Positions 22,330 through 30,052 of a DNA stretch of 32,000 nucleotides are shown piece by piece; the stretch's first letter is position 1; each line of letters opens with the position of its first letter. The position numbers and the translations under genes are program-made. Source of the DNA: Firmicutes bacterium ADurb.Bin153 (GTDB lineage Bacteria > Bacillota > DTU025 > MWDF01); contig MWDF01000003.1 in NCBI GenBank assembly GCA_002070415.1, positions 25,960-57,959 of the forward strand. Reading direction: 5' to 3'. The notes under the pieces were generated by a model. The model did no database searches and had not been told where the DNA came from. It worked only from the letters and a program-made list of their open reading frames with translations.

Positions 22330-23295
22330 CTATTTAATCAGGCCTTCCGCTTTCAGGTAGGCGGTCGAGTCGGCTATGTTCATCTTGATTATCTGGGTGA
22401 AGCGTTCCTCCCTGTAGTTCGTGACCTCTATCGCCTGGTCTTCGAAGAACTTGATCCATTCGGGGTCCGCGTACACCTTGTCGACGAGAGCCTGCAACCA
22501 CTCGACGGCTTCTTTCGGGGTCCCCTTCTCCACGGCGAAGCCCCTCCACATGATCTCATCCTCGACTCCCGATATACCGAGCTCCTTGAACGTGGGGACG
22601 TCGGGGAACTGCTTCAGCCTATTGGGCGCGCACACGGCTGCGATCTTAAGGTCGGGCCTTCCTGTGATATCCGCGGGATTGCCCACGTAGGCCACGCCGA
22701 CTCCTCCCATCAGGGCCGCCATCGCGGCTGGGCCGCTTTCGAACGGCACCCATTTCGCCTTGATACCCGCCCTGTCCCAGAGCTTCAGAGCCACAAGGTG
22801 GTCGTTGCCCCCCGTAGAGGGCCCGACCCAGATCTGGCTGCCTTTCTTCGCCACTGCGTCGCTCACTATGTCGACCCATGTGTTGATCGTGTTGTTCACC
22901 GACGTGATGACGCACTCGGGGTCTCTCATCAGCATCGATATCCACTGGAAGCTCCAGACGTACCTGTCCTGGTTGGACTGCGTCGAGACCACCGTGATTA
23001 TGTTCGAGCTGGTCGCGGCGAATACCGTATAGCCGTCGTTGGGCGCTTCGATCACGTACTCCATGCCGGTCAGCCCGCCGGCGCCCGGCTTGTTCTCCAC
23101 GACGAAGACGGCTTTCGTGTACTTCGATGCGATGTCCACGAACTTCCTGGTAGTAATGTCCATTACTCCGCCCGGCGCTACATAGTTCACTATCCTGATG
23201 GGCTTCTCAGGGAAGCTCGCCGCCCGCACGCCGATGGCAAGGCAGGCAATGATCAGGACTAACGCCGTGAGGACGGCAATTCTCCTGTTTCTCAT
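22330..23295 (-). CDS. tctC: Tripartite tricarboxylate transporter substrate-binding protein TctC (Bug family)
   Basis: Signal/anchor MRNRRIAVLTALVLIIACLAIG, then FPEKPIRIVNYVAPGGVMDITTRKF...ENKPGAGG..., the Bug/TctC motif. Confidence 0.9.
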   Translation of the reverse strand: MRNRRIAVLTALVLIIACLAIGVRAASFPEKPIRIVNYVAPGGVMDITTRKFVDIASKYTKAVFVVENKPGAGGLTGMEYVIEAPNDGYTVFAATSSNIITVVSTQSNQDRYVWSFQWISMLMRDPECVITSVNNTINTWVDIVSDAVAKKGSQIWVGPSTGGNDHLVALKLWDRAGIKAKWVPFESGPAAMAALMGGVGVAYVGNPADITGRPDLKIAAVCAPNRLKQFPDVPTFKELGISGVEDEIMWRGFAVEKGTPKEAVEWLQALVDKVYADPEWIKFFEDQAIEVTNYREERFTQIIKMNIADSTAYLKAEGLIK

Positions 23296-23336
23296 CCCGG
23301 AACCCTCCTTCGAATTGCGTGAAGTCCGTCGCGCGC

Positions 23337-24257
23337 CTATCTTCTCGTCTTGCCGAGGTGGTACAACAGACCGTGCCTGAGCCCCCTGTCGCTTATCGTA
23401 AGTGCATGGACCGCCAGCTTGTTCATTATCGCCTTTACGATCAGGGCGCCGGCGAGTATGACGTCCGCCCTCTTGGGCTGCAGCCCCACGATGAGCTTCC
23501 TCTGCTCGATGGTGTTGGCCGAATAGAGGCCTATCTGCCTTTCCACCTCATCGAGGCTGAGGATGCTCCCCTGTATCTTGTCGGGGTCGTACTCGGGCAT
23601 CTTGAACATGACCGCTCCCATGCTGGTGATGCCCCCGCCCATGCCTACGAGCCTGTCGACTTTCGTATGGACGCCGTTCTCCGACAGGAATCTCAGCACG
23701 TACTTGTATGCCGTATCGACCTCGGAATCTTTTACGGGGTCAGACCTTAGCATCTCCTCTGTGATCCTTACGGCGCCGAGGTCCAGGCTGAACCTCCTTC
23801 CGAGCGCGTCGCCCTCCCCGAATACGAACTCCGTGCTGCCGCCTCCGGTGTCGATGATCGCAAGCCTTCCTTTGCCGATGCCTATACCGGATACCACGGC
23901 AAGGTAGGAGTACTTGGCCTCCTCATCTCCCGTGAGTACCTTGACATCCAGCCCCGAGGCGCTTTTCACCATCCTTGTGAAATCGACCGCGTTCTTCGCG
24001 CTCCTTAGCGCCATCGTACCGACGGCGAGGATCTCGTTCGCCCCTTCGGCCCGGGCGATGTCCGCGAACTGTTTCACGGCCTCGCAGTTGCGGCTCATCG
24101 CGTCGGCCGCCAGCAGCCCCGTCTCTTTCAGGCCCTCGCCCAGCCTCGCTATGTTGTTCCTGTCCGTCACGGCTTCGAAAAGCCCTTCTTTTCCCATGTC
24201 TGCGAGTATGAACTTGATGGAGTTAGTGCCTATGTCAATGACTGCCTTCCTGTCCAT
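23337..24257 (-). CDS. Ppx/GppA-family phosphatase (exopolyphosphatase / pppGpp phosphohydrolase), catalytic core only
   Basis: VIDIGTNSIKFILAD...AVGTMALRSAKN...IIDTGGGSTEF...LDLGAVR are ASKHA-fold Ppx/GppA motifs. At 306 aa it lacks the HD-type C-terminal domain. Confidence 0.85.
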   Translation of the reverse strand: MDRKAVIDIGTNSIKFILADMGKEGLFEAVTDRNNIARLGEGLKETGLLAADAMSRNCEAVKQFADIARAEGANEILAVGTMALRSAKNAVDFTRMVKSASGLDVKVLTGDEEAKYSYLAVVSGIGIGKGRLAIIDTGGGSTEFVFGEGDALGRRFSLDLGAVRITEEMLRSDPVKDSEVDTAYKYVLRFLSENGVHTKVDRLVGMGGGITSMGAVMFKMPEYDPDKIQGSILSLDEVERQIGLYSANTIEQRKLIVGLQPKRADVILAGALIVKAIMNKLAVHALTISDRGLRHGLLYHLGKTRR

Positions 24258-24278
24258 GCCGGCTCCCTCCTCCCGTGC

Positions 24279-24863
24279 CTAAAAGCCGACCGTCTTCTTC
24301 ATCGCCTTGATGTAGTTGATGTTGGGATAGCCCCCCAGCCCCAGCTCCCTGACTGTCTTCATGACCAGCTCAGGGTCTTCGTGCTCCACGCAGAAAGTCT
24401 TCAGCGGCATGCTGTTGAACCAGGTCCTTGCGAATTCCACCGCGGTCCCGTTTATCGTGTAGGCATACCTTTCCTTCCTGACCTCGACGACTTTAAGGTC
24501 CTTGTTGGTCCTTACCAGCTCGTCTAGGAACTGCTCTTTCGTGTACTCCTCCCTTTCGAAGCGCGGCGGCACGACCTTATAGACCGCGAAGATCCTCTTC
24601 AGCTTCTCGACGTCCAGCGGGAAGGCCTCCTTCATCACCGGTTTCCACTGCTCGAGCCTGTCGGCGTTGGTCGCCTGCAGCATCTTGATGTCCATGAGGC
24701 CTTCTCTGATCTTCGTATTCTCGTCGCTCATCCTTGAAAGCACATAGACCTCTTCGCTCCTCTTGGGGGCGGGTTCGCCGAACTTCCTGATATTCTTCTC
24801 GTCCTCCGGAAAATCGGGACCGAATGTCCTCCATTCCCAACGCGGGACTATCTTCTCGTCCAT
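24279..24863 (-). CDS. Hypothetical protein, possibly CYTH-like (triphosphate tunnel) domain
   Basis: Start set at ATG 24863 (SD AAGGGGGTG 7 nt upstream); the tracked start 25022 overlaps the helicase gene. MDEKIVPRWEWRTFG...KIREGLMDIKM...VEVRKERYAY...FCVEHED shows alternating charged beta-strand motifs reminiscent of CYTH, but the N-terminal ExExK is degenerate (WEWR). Confidence 0.45.
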   Translation of the reverse strand: MDEKIVPRWEWRTFGPDFPEDEKNIRKFGEPAPKRSEEVYVLSRMSDENTKIREGLMDIKMLQATNADRLEQWKPVMKEAFPLDVEKLKRIFAVYKVVPPRFEREEYTKEQFLDELVRTNKDLKVVEVRKERYAYTINGTAVEFARTWFNSMPLKTFCVEHEDPELVMKTVRELGLGGYPNINYIKAMKKTVGF

Positions 24864-24919
24864 GAAAACACCCCCTTGTCGTAAGGTTCCGTGAACTTCT
24901 TCGCCAAGGGGGTCGCTTA

Positions 24920-24938
24920 TTCCTACAATTGTATGGAA
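24920..24938. promoter_or_regulatory. Near-perfect palindrome TTCC-TACAATTGTA-(T)GGAA upstream of the CYTH-like/ppx genes
   Basis: The 10-bp core TACAATTGTA (24924..24933) is perfectly self-complementary. It contains a TACAAT -10-like hexamer on either strand and lies about 60 nt upstream of ATG 24863. Confidence 0.35.
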
Positions 24939-25005
24939 ATGTTCATGTTCGGCACCATTCGCCGGCAGGTGATGCCGGGCCCGTCCGGCCGGGCGTCGCG
25001 CCTCC

Positions 25006-27399
25006 CTAGAGGACCACCTCAACGACGCCCCTGTCGATGCTCTCCATGCACGACTTGAGCTTGTAGGCGAGCAGCTCGTCCGCCCGGCCGGCCGACCTGA
25101 GCTGCCTCATTAGGTCTATCGTCCTCCTCAGGGAATGCACTATGTCGCCCTCAGCGTAGCCGGAAGCCTTGACCAGCTCGGGGAACTCCGTACCCGAGCT
25201 CCACTTGTAGGCTATGTCGGCCATCCCGGTGAAGAAGTTGATCTGGCTTGAGCCTATGTACCTCTCCTCCGCCTCCACGATCCTGCCGATAATCGAATAC
25301 ACCCCGGCGAGGTCGAAATGGACGGCCCTCACCGGCATCTCCCCGCGCCTGGGCTCGTAGTCCACGCACATAAGAAGCGACACTGCCTCAGGGACCGTAG
25401 CGCCGTGTACCATCCCGGAGAATACCAGCTCGGTGCTCAAGAGCTCCTGGGTGTGTATCTCCTTGGCCATGATCCCCCTGGGAAGAAGCCTTCGCCTTTC
25501 CATGAAGCCGAGTGATTCGAGCACCCTCGACTTCCTGTCGAACTCCCTTACGTACTTCTCGTCCGGGGCCATGCCGGCGAGCCTCGCCTGCAGCTCGTCC
25601 ACCCTCGAGGAGAGCGCCTGGCGCCTTGCCAGCAGGGCCTTGCACTCCCGCCTTTTCTGCTTCGGGCAGTCCTTGTACCTGCCCTCCTTGAGGTTGGCCT
25701 TCAGCTCCTGGATCCTCGTCTGCAGCAGCGACTTCTTCTCCTTCTGGTGCTTCCTGGCGCGCTTTAGCCTCTTGATGTTGGAGGCCATCTCCTCTTTGAG
25801 CATCGCCTGGTAGACGGGGCACGAGGCTGTGCCGAAATCGCGGCACGCCGTGGCGGAGAATTCCTCGTCGGAAGCTCTCAGGTTCGCCAGCTGGGCCCTT
25901 AGCGAGGCCTTCTGGTTGTCGTTCTGGTAGCTGGCGAAGTTGTGCCTCAAGACTTTGTCTATCTCCTCGGGGCTCCTTCCTTCCACTAGGTTGAGCACCG
26001 TGTTGTAGGAGAGGGAGAACCTGCTCCGCAGGGGCTCCAGCCTTCTTTCGTCTATGGTCGGATAGTCGTCCAGCCTGAACGAAGCCGAGTCGGCCAGGAC
26101 GTAGACGTAGCCTATCTTGTCTATCCCCCTGCGCCCGGCCCTGCCGGCCATCTGGAAGTATTCCTGCATGGTCATCGGCCTGAAATCCACGCCCGTGAAC
26201 TTCCTCATGGAATCGAAGCATACCGTCCTGACGGGGAAATTTATCCCCACTGCGAAAGTCTCCGTCGCGTACAGGACCTTTACGAGCCTGGTCTCAAAGA
26301 GCTCCTCGACGATCTCCTTGAGCACCGGCAGCAGGCCCGCGTGGTGCCAGGCTATGCCGCGCCTGGCGGCCCTTCTCATTGCCGTTACGCTGGGCATAGA
26401 ATCAAGGCCCATGCCCGCCAGCTTGCGCTCGAACACCCGGTCCACGAGAAGCCTCTCGTCCGATGTGAGCAGGTCCGTGTCCCTCACCAGCTCGACGGCC
26501 CTCTCCTCGCAGCCCTTCCTCGAGAACACGAAGTACAGGCACGGTATCCTGTCGTTCTTTATCAGGTGCTTTATGAGGTCGCGGTGCGTGGTGGGCTTCC
26601 TCCTGGACCTTACGCCGTCCTCGTAGCTATCCTTCTCGTCGGCTCCCAGGGCCAGCTCCTCCGCTTCCTGCCTCGCTCTGAAGTCGATGTATTCAGCGAG
26701 GTTGCCCTCGCCGAACTCCCTTTCGAATACCATGTGCTTGAGCGGTACGGCCCTCTTGTTGTGCCGCACCACCTTGACGTCGTGGCCCTTCACGGACCCT
26801 ATCCACTCCGCCAGCTCCTCCGCGTTGGGTATGGTGGCGGAAAGCCCGAGCAGCCTCATGTCCTCGGGCATGAAGATTATCGACTCCTCCCAGACGGTGC
26901 CCCTTTCCTCATCGCCGAGGTAATGGATCTCGTCGAAGATCGCATGGGTCACGCCCGTCAGGTCCTGGGGGGAGAGATGGAGGATGTTGCGGAAGACCTC
27001 GGTCGTCATTATCAGCACCGGGGCGAGGGAGTTGATCACCACGTCCCCGGTTACGATGCCGACGTTCTCTGCACCCAGCAGCCTCTTGAACTCCTTGAAC
27101 TTCTGGTTGGACAGGGCCTTTATGGGCGCTGTGTAGACGACCCTGTGGCCCAGCCTGAACATCTTCTCTATGAGGTAGTCCGCGATGAGCGTCTTGCCGA
27201 CGCCCGTCGGCGCGGAGACGATCACCGAGCTTCCCCGGTCAATGTGCGAAATGGCCAGCTCCTGGAAGGGGTCCAGCGTGAAGCCCCTGTAGACCAGTCC
27301 GTGCTCTTCTTTTGTAAGGAGGGGCCCCGCGTCCTTGAAAGCTGCGCTTGCAGTCCCTCCGCCGATCCCGATACCCTTGGTTTCCATATCTTCCGTCAA
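25006..27399 (-). CDS. Ski2-like DEAD/DEAH-box (superfamily 2) helicase, HelY-like
   Basis: Motif I SAPTGVGKT, motif II FDEIHY (DEIH), SATIPN, helicase-C MAGRAGRRG, and a long C-terminal helical domain. The TTG start at 27399 has SD GGAGGA 5 nt upstream. ATG 27387 is an alternative start. Confidence 0.85.
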   Translation of the reverse strand: MTEDMETKGIGIGGGTASAAFKDAGPLLTKEEHGLVYRGFTLDPFQELAISHIDRGSSVIVSAPTGVGKTLIADYLIEKMFRLGHRVVYTAPIKALSNQKFKEFKRLLGAENVGIVTGDVVINSLAPVLIMTTEVFRNILHLSPQDLTGVTHAIFDEIHYLGDEERGTVWEESIIFMPEDMRLLGLSATIPNAEELAEWIGSVKGHDVKVVRHNKRAVPLKHMVFEREFGEGNLAEYIDFRARQEAEELALGADEKDSYEDGVRSRRKPTTHRDLIKHLIKNDRIPCLYFVFSRKGCEERAVELVRDTDLLTSDERLLVDRVFERKLAGMGLDSMPSVTAMRRAARRGIAWHHAGLLPVLKEIVEELFETRLVKVLYATETFAVGINFPVRTVCFDSMRKFTGVDFRPMTMQEYFQMAGRAGRRGIDKIGYVYVLADSASFRLDDYPTIDERRLEPLRSRFSLSYNTVLNLVEGRSPEEIDKVLRHNFASYQNDNQKASLRAQLANLRASDEEFSATACRDFGTASCPVYQAMLKEEMASNIKRLKRARKHQKEKKSLLQTRIQELKANLKEGRYKDCPKQKRRECKALLARRQALSSRVDELQARLAGMAPDEKYVREFDRKSRVLESLGFMERRRLLPRGIMAKEIHTQELLSTELVFSGMVHGATVPEAVSLLMCVDYEPRRGEMPVRAVHFDLAGVYSIIGRIVEAEERYIGSSQINFFTGMADIAYKWSSGTEFPELVKASGYAEGDIVHSLRRTIDLMRQLRSAGRADELLAYKLKSCMESIDRGVVEVVL

Positions 27400-27400
27400 A

Positions 27401-27637
27401 TCATCCTCCGGAGACCGGTGTGAACAGCAACAGTTCCATCCCGTCTTCCAACGGCGTGTCCTTGGGGATGATCCTTCCTTTGCAGGCGACGTTCATTACC
27501 AGCTCGCTTTTTATTCCTGAATTCACTATGAGGTCCCTTACGCTCTCGCCCTGTCTTCCTTCGTACGTCCATGCCGACCTCTTGTCCTCGGGGAAGAACT
27601 CCACGGCATGGCCCATTACTTTGACGCCTACCCTCAT
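27401..27637 (-). CDS. MoaD/ThiS-family ubiquitin-like sulfur-carrier protein ending in Gly-Gly
   Basis: 78-aa reading frame MRVGVKVMGHAVEFFPEDKRSAWTYEGRQGESVRDLIVNSGIKSELVMNVACKGRIIPKDTPLEDGMELLLFTPVSGG*. It is hidden as the tail of tracked ORF 27401..28213. Its ATG forms an ATGA overlap with the AOR stop. Confidence 0.75.
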   Translation of the reverse strand: MRVGVKVMGHAVEFFPEDKRSAWTYEGRQGESVRDLIVNSGIKSELVMNVACKGRIIPKDTPLEDGMELLLFTPVSGG

Positions 27638-29484
27638 GCCATGAGCCCTCCGGCCTTGAGCTCGTCGACGCATCCGGACAGGCCGAGCCCTTCCAGCGTC
27701 TCCTTCGTCGGATGCCCGTTCGCATCCCAGCCGCGCTCCTTGTAGTAGTCGTCGAGGAGCCTGTCGCAGGAGGCCTTGTCGATGAGCTTGCCCTTGGCCG
27801 GGCCCGAAAGGACGGGCTCTTCCATGAACCGCTTCGGCGGATAGTCGTCGTTCCTTCCGAACCCGGGTATTTCGAGCATCGCCCGCACCCTGTTCATGTT
27901 CCACAGCCTGTCGGCCGCGACGTAGATGTGCTTCCACGTGACCTTCTCTCCGAATACCGCTTCGAACATAGCCTCGTAGTTTTCCAGCTCGAAGCCGATC
28001 TCGACCCACTGCAGCCTGCAGCAGCCTATGAGGTCGAAGGCAGGCCTTATCCTCTGCAGCTCTACCGCCCTTTTCGCCTTGCCTTCCAGCGTGTCCCTTC
28101 CCTTGGCCACATCGAACGTGATCGCCCACGACCTGTTGTGGTGCGCGCCGATGTCCGCGGTCATGTAGGATATCATCATCGCCGGGGCCCACCTTGCGTC
28201 GTATCCGCTCCATTCGAGCCCTTTCACCTGGGTGGCGAAGCGTATGCTGTCATGTCCTAGCCTGTTGGCGGCGATCCTCGTGCCCATCGCCAGCAAGTCG
28301 CCCATGCCCTGCCTCTTTGCGATTATGTTGGCCAGGAACTCGAAGGAACCTATGTCGCCCCAGGAGACGTCCCTTCCCAGCTGCTCTTTAGTTATGATGC
28401 CCTTGTCGAAGCACTCCAGGGCGAACGCTATGACGGCCCCGCCGGATATCGTATCCAGCCCCAGGTCGTCGCACAGCCTGTTGGCGTAGGCGACGTCTTC
28501 GATCTCAGGCAGCATGCAATCGCCGCCGAGCATCGCGATGGTCTCGTACTCAGGCCCTTCCACGTAGACGTCCTTGCCCGCCCTCTTGAGCCTCGAGTAC
28601 TTCCCGCACGGCGTGGGGCAGGCGAAGCAGCCCTTGTCGGTCACGATGATCTTGTCCTTCATCGCCTGGCCGCCGATCCTCTCGTGGCCTTCGAAGTAGG
28701 TCGTCTGGAAATTCTTGGTAGGAAAGGCGCCGACCTCGTTCACCCAGGGCGTCACGCCGGCGGTCCCGAGGGGCGTCCACTCGGCGAGGCCCGGTTTCTC
28801 GAAGCACTTCCTGTACAGGTCCATGCCCACCTTGAGAACCGCGTCGGGGTCGGCCACGGGGATGCTCTTGCTTCCTCTTACCGCGATCGCCTTCACCTTC
28901 TTCGAGCCGAGCACCGCGCCGATGCCGGTCCTTCCGGCCTGGCGCCCGAAGTCGTGGTTGATGCAGGCGAAATAGACCTTGTTCTCTCCGGCGGGGCCTA
29001 TGCTCGCTATCTGGAAATCCGCGCCCAGCTGCTTTTTGAGCGTCTCTTCCGTTTCGAACGAGCCCTTGCCCCATATGTCGGAAGCGTCCCTGAATTCCAC
29101 TTTGTCGTCATCGACTACAACGGTCACGGGCTTCTCGGAGATGCCCTCCACTATCAGCATGTCATATCCCGCGTACTTGATCTCAGGGCCGAAATGGCCG
29201 CCCATGTTCGAGTCGCCGATTATGCCGGTTGCGGGCGACAGCGTCCCGAACTGGACCTTGCCGGATGCGGGCGTGAATATCCCCGAAAGCGGGCCGGGGG
29301 CGACCGCCACTTTGTTGAGCGGGCCGAACGGGTCCGCCCCGACGGGCACCTCGTCGTAGATGGTCTTGTCGACGAAACCGCGGCCTCCGATGAAGTCCTT
29401 CGCGAGCTTCATATCCAGGGGCTCCTTCTTGAAGGTCCTGGCCCCTACGTCTATCCTCAGGACGTAGCCTGCATAGCCGTTCAT
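27634..29484 (-). CDS. Aldehyde:ferredoxin oxidoreductase family enzyme (tungsten/molybdopterin, AOR)
   Basis: Start set at ATG 29484 (MNGYAGYVLRIDVGARTFKKEPLDMKLAKDFIGGRGF..., the canonical AOR N-terminus). The [4Fe-4S]/pterin region is DKGCFACPTPCGK, and ...GLDTISGG... is present. The tracked start 29859 is an out-of-frame overlap with the ferredoxin gene. Confidence 0.9.
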   Translation of the reverse strand: MNGYAGYVLRIDVGARTFKKEPLDMKLAKDFIGGRGFVDKTIYDEVPVGADPFGPLNKVAVAPGPLSGIFTPASGKVQFGTLSPATGIIGDSNMGGHFGPEIKYAGYDMLIVEGISEKPVTVVVDDDKVEFRDASDIWGKGSFETEETLKKQLGADFQIASIGPAGENKVYFACINHDFGRQAGRTGIGAVLGSKKVKAIAVRGSKSIPVADPDAVLKVGMDLYRKCFEKPGLAEWTPLGTAGVTPWVNEVGAFPTKNFQTTYFEGHERIGGQAMKDKIIVTDKGCFACPTPCGKYSRLKRAGKDVYVEGPEYETIAMLGGDCMLPEIEDVAYANRLCDDLGLDTISGGAVIAFALECFDKGIITKEQLGRDVSWGDIGSFEFLANIIAKRQGMGDLLAMGTRIAANRLGHDSIRFATQVKGLEWSGYDARWAPAMMISYMTADIGAHHNRSWAITFDVAKGRDTLEGKAKRAVELQRIRPAFDLIGCCRLQWVEIGFELENYEAMFEAVFGEKVTWKHIYVAADRLWNMNRVRAMLEIPGFGRNDDYPPKRFMEEPVLSGPAKGKLIDKASCDRLLDDYYKERGWDANGHPTKETLEGLGLSGCVDELKAGGLMA

Positions 29485-29885
29485 CAGTAGCGGCCCCCCT
29501 TCGAAGTGTCCGAATCGTAGACTGCGGCCCTGGGGCATGCCGCGACGCACGCGCCGCATGCGTTGCACTTCTTCGCCTTCTCTCCGTCCAGAAGCAGCAT
29601 GACGTCGAACGGGCAAGCGGCTACGCAGGCTCCGCACTGTATGCATAGCTCCTCGTCGATTTCGAATGTGTCGCCCTTCTTCGAGATGGCCCCCGTAGGG
29701 CAGACGTTCGCGCACTCGCCGCACTGGGTGCAGTACTTTATTACATAGTCCCCGGGTGCCGGGAACCTTCCCTCGGGCCTTATGAAAGACCTCTTGGGAT
29801 TTACTTCCCCGCGCCGCGTCATCGAGCATGCCAGCTGGCACGCCTTGCATCCGGAGCATAGCTTGTCTATAGTCGCAAGGTGCAA
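29484..29885 (-). CDS. Polyferredoxin with four 4Fe-4S-type Cys motifs (AorA-like electron-transfer subunit)
   Basis: CSGCKACQLAC, CTQCGECANVCP, CIQCGACVAACP, CNACGACVAACP. The likely start is TTG 29885 (SD GGAGG 8 nt upstream, downstream of a TATAAT box). The tracked ATG 30005 lies inside the upstream terminator. The stop overlaps the AOR ATG (TGATG). Confidence 0.8.
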   Translation of the reverse strand: MHLATIDKLCSGCKACQLACSMTRRGEVNPKRSFIRPEGRFPAPGDYVIKYCTQCGECANVCPTGAISKKGDTFEIDEELCIQCGACVAACPFDVMLLLDGEKAKKCNACGACVAACPRAAVYDSDTSKGGRY

Positions 29886-29918
29886 TCGTGTCGCCTCCAA
29901 TCTATATCCGCTAATGAG

Positions 29919-29924
29919 ATTATA
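29919..29924 (-). promoter_or_regulatory. Consensus -10 box TATAAT upstream of the ferredoxin-AOR-moaD operon
   Basis: The minus strand reads cctattaccTTATAATctcattagcggatatagaTTGGAGGcgacacgaTTG. The -35 is weak. Confidence 0.35.
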
Positions 29925-30009
29925 AGGTAATAGGGGCGGCCCGGAACAGTTCGTATCGCTTCCGGGGCATATTTGGCTCCATGTATCCGGGCGGAGCCCT
30001 TTCATGAAG

Positions 30010-30034
30010 AAGCCGGCGGGATCACCGCCGGCTT
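30010..30034 (-). terminator. Terminator-like hairpin after the repeat lipoprotein gene
   Basis: Perfect 10-bp stem AAGCCGGCGG/CCGCCGGCTT with a 5-nt loop, 18 nt after the stop at 30053. It is followed by CTTCATG, a poor U-tract. Confidence 0.5.
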
Positions 30035-30052
30035 CAGCGTCTGGCTGTGCGA

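Noticed and set aside
27396-28213. ORFs 27396..27725 (109 aa) and 27401..28213 (270 aa) as independent genes.
   Set aside because: Only the last 78 codons of the 27401..28213 frame (from ATG 27637) look like a real protein (MoaD-like, -GG end, ATGA coupling). Everything upstream is an out-of-frame overlap with AOR, and 27396..27725 is an Arg-rich third frame.
29485-29859. The 125-aa N-terminal extension of the AOR ORF, and similar extensions of darA (4910..4996), btuF-like (11850..11969), the CYTH-like gene (24864..25022), the ferredoxin (29886..30005) and the repeat lipoprotein (31532..31639).
   Set aside because: The extensions overlap neighbouring genes, terminators or the riboswitch and are Arg-rich. 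They precede internal starts that have good SD sequences and canonical family N-termini or signal peptides.
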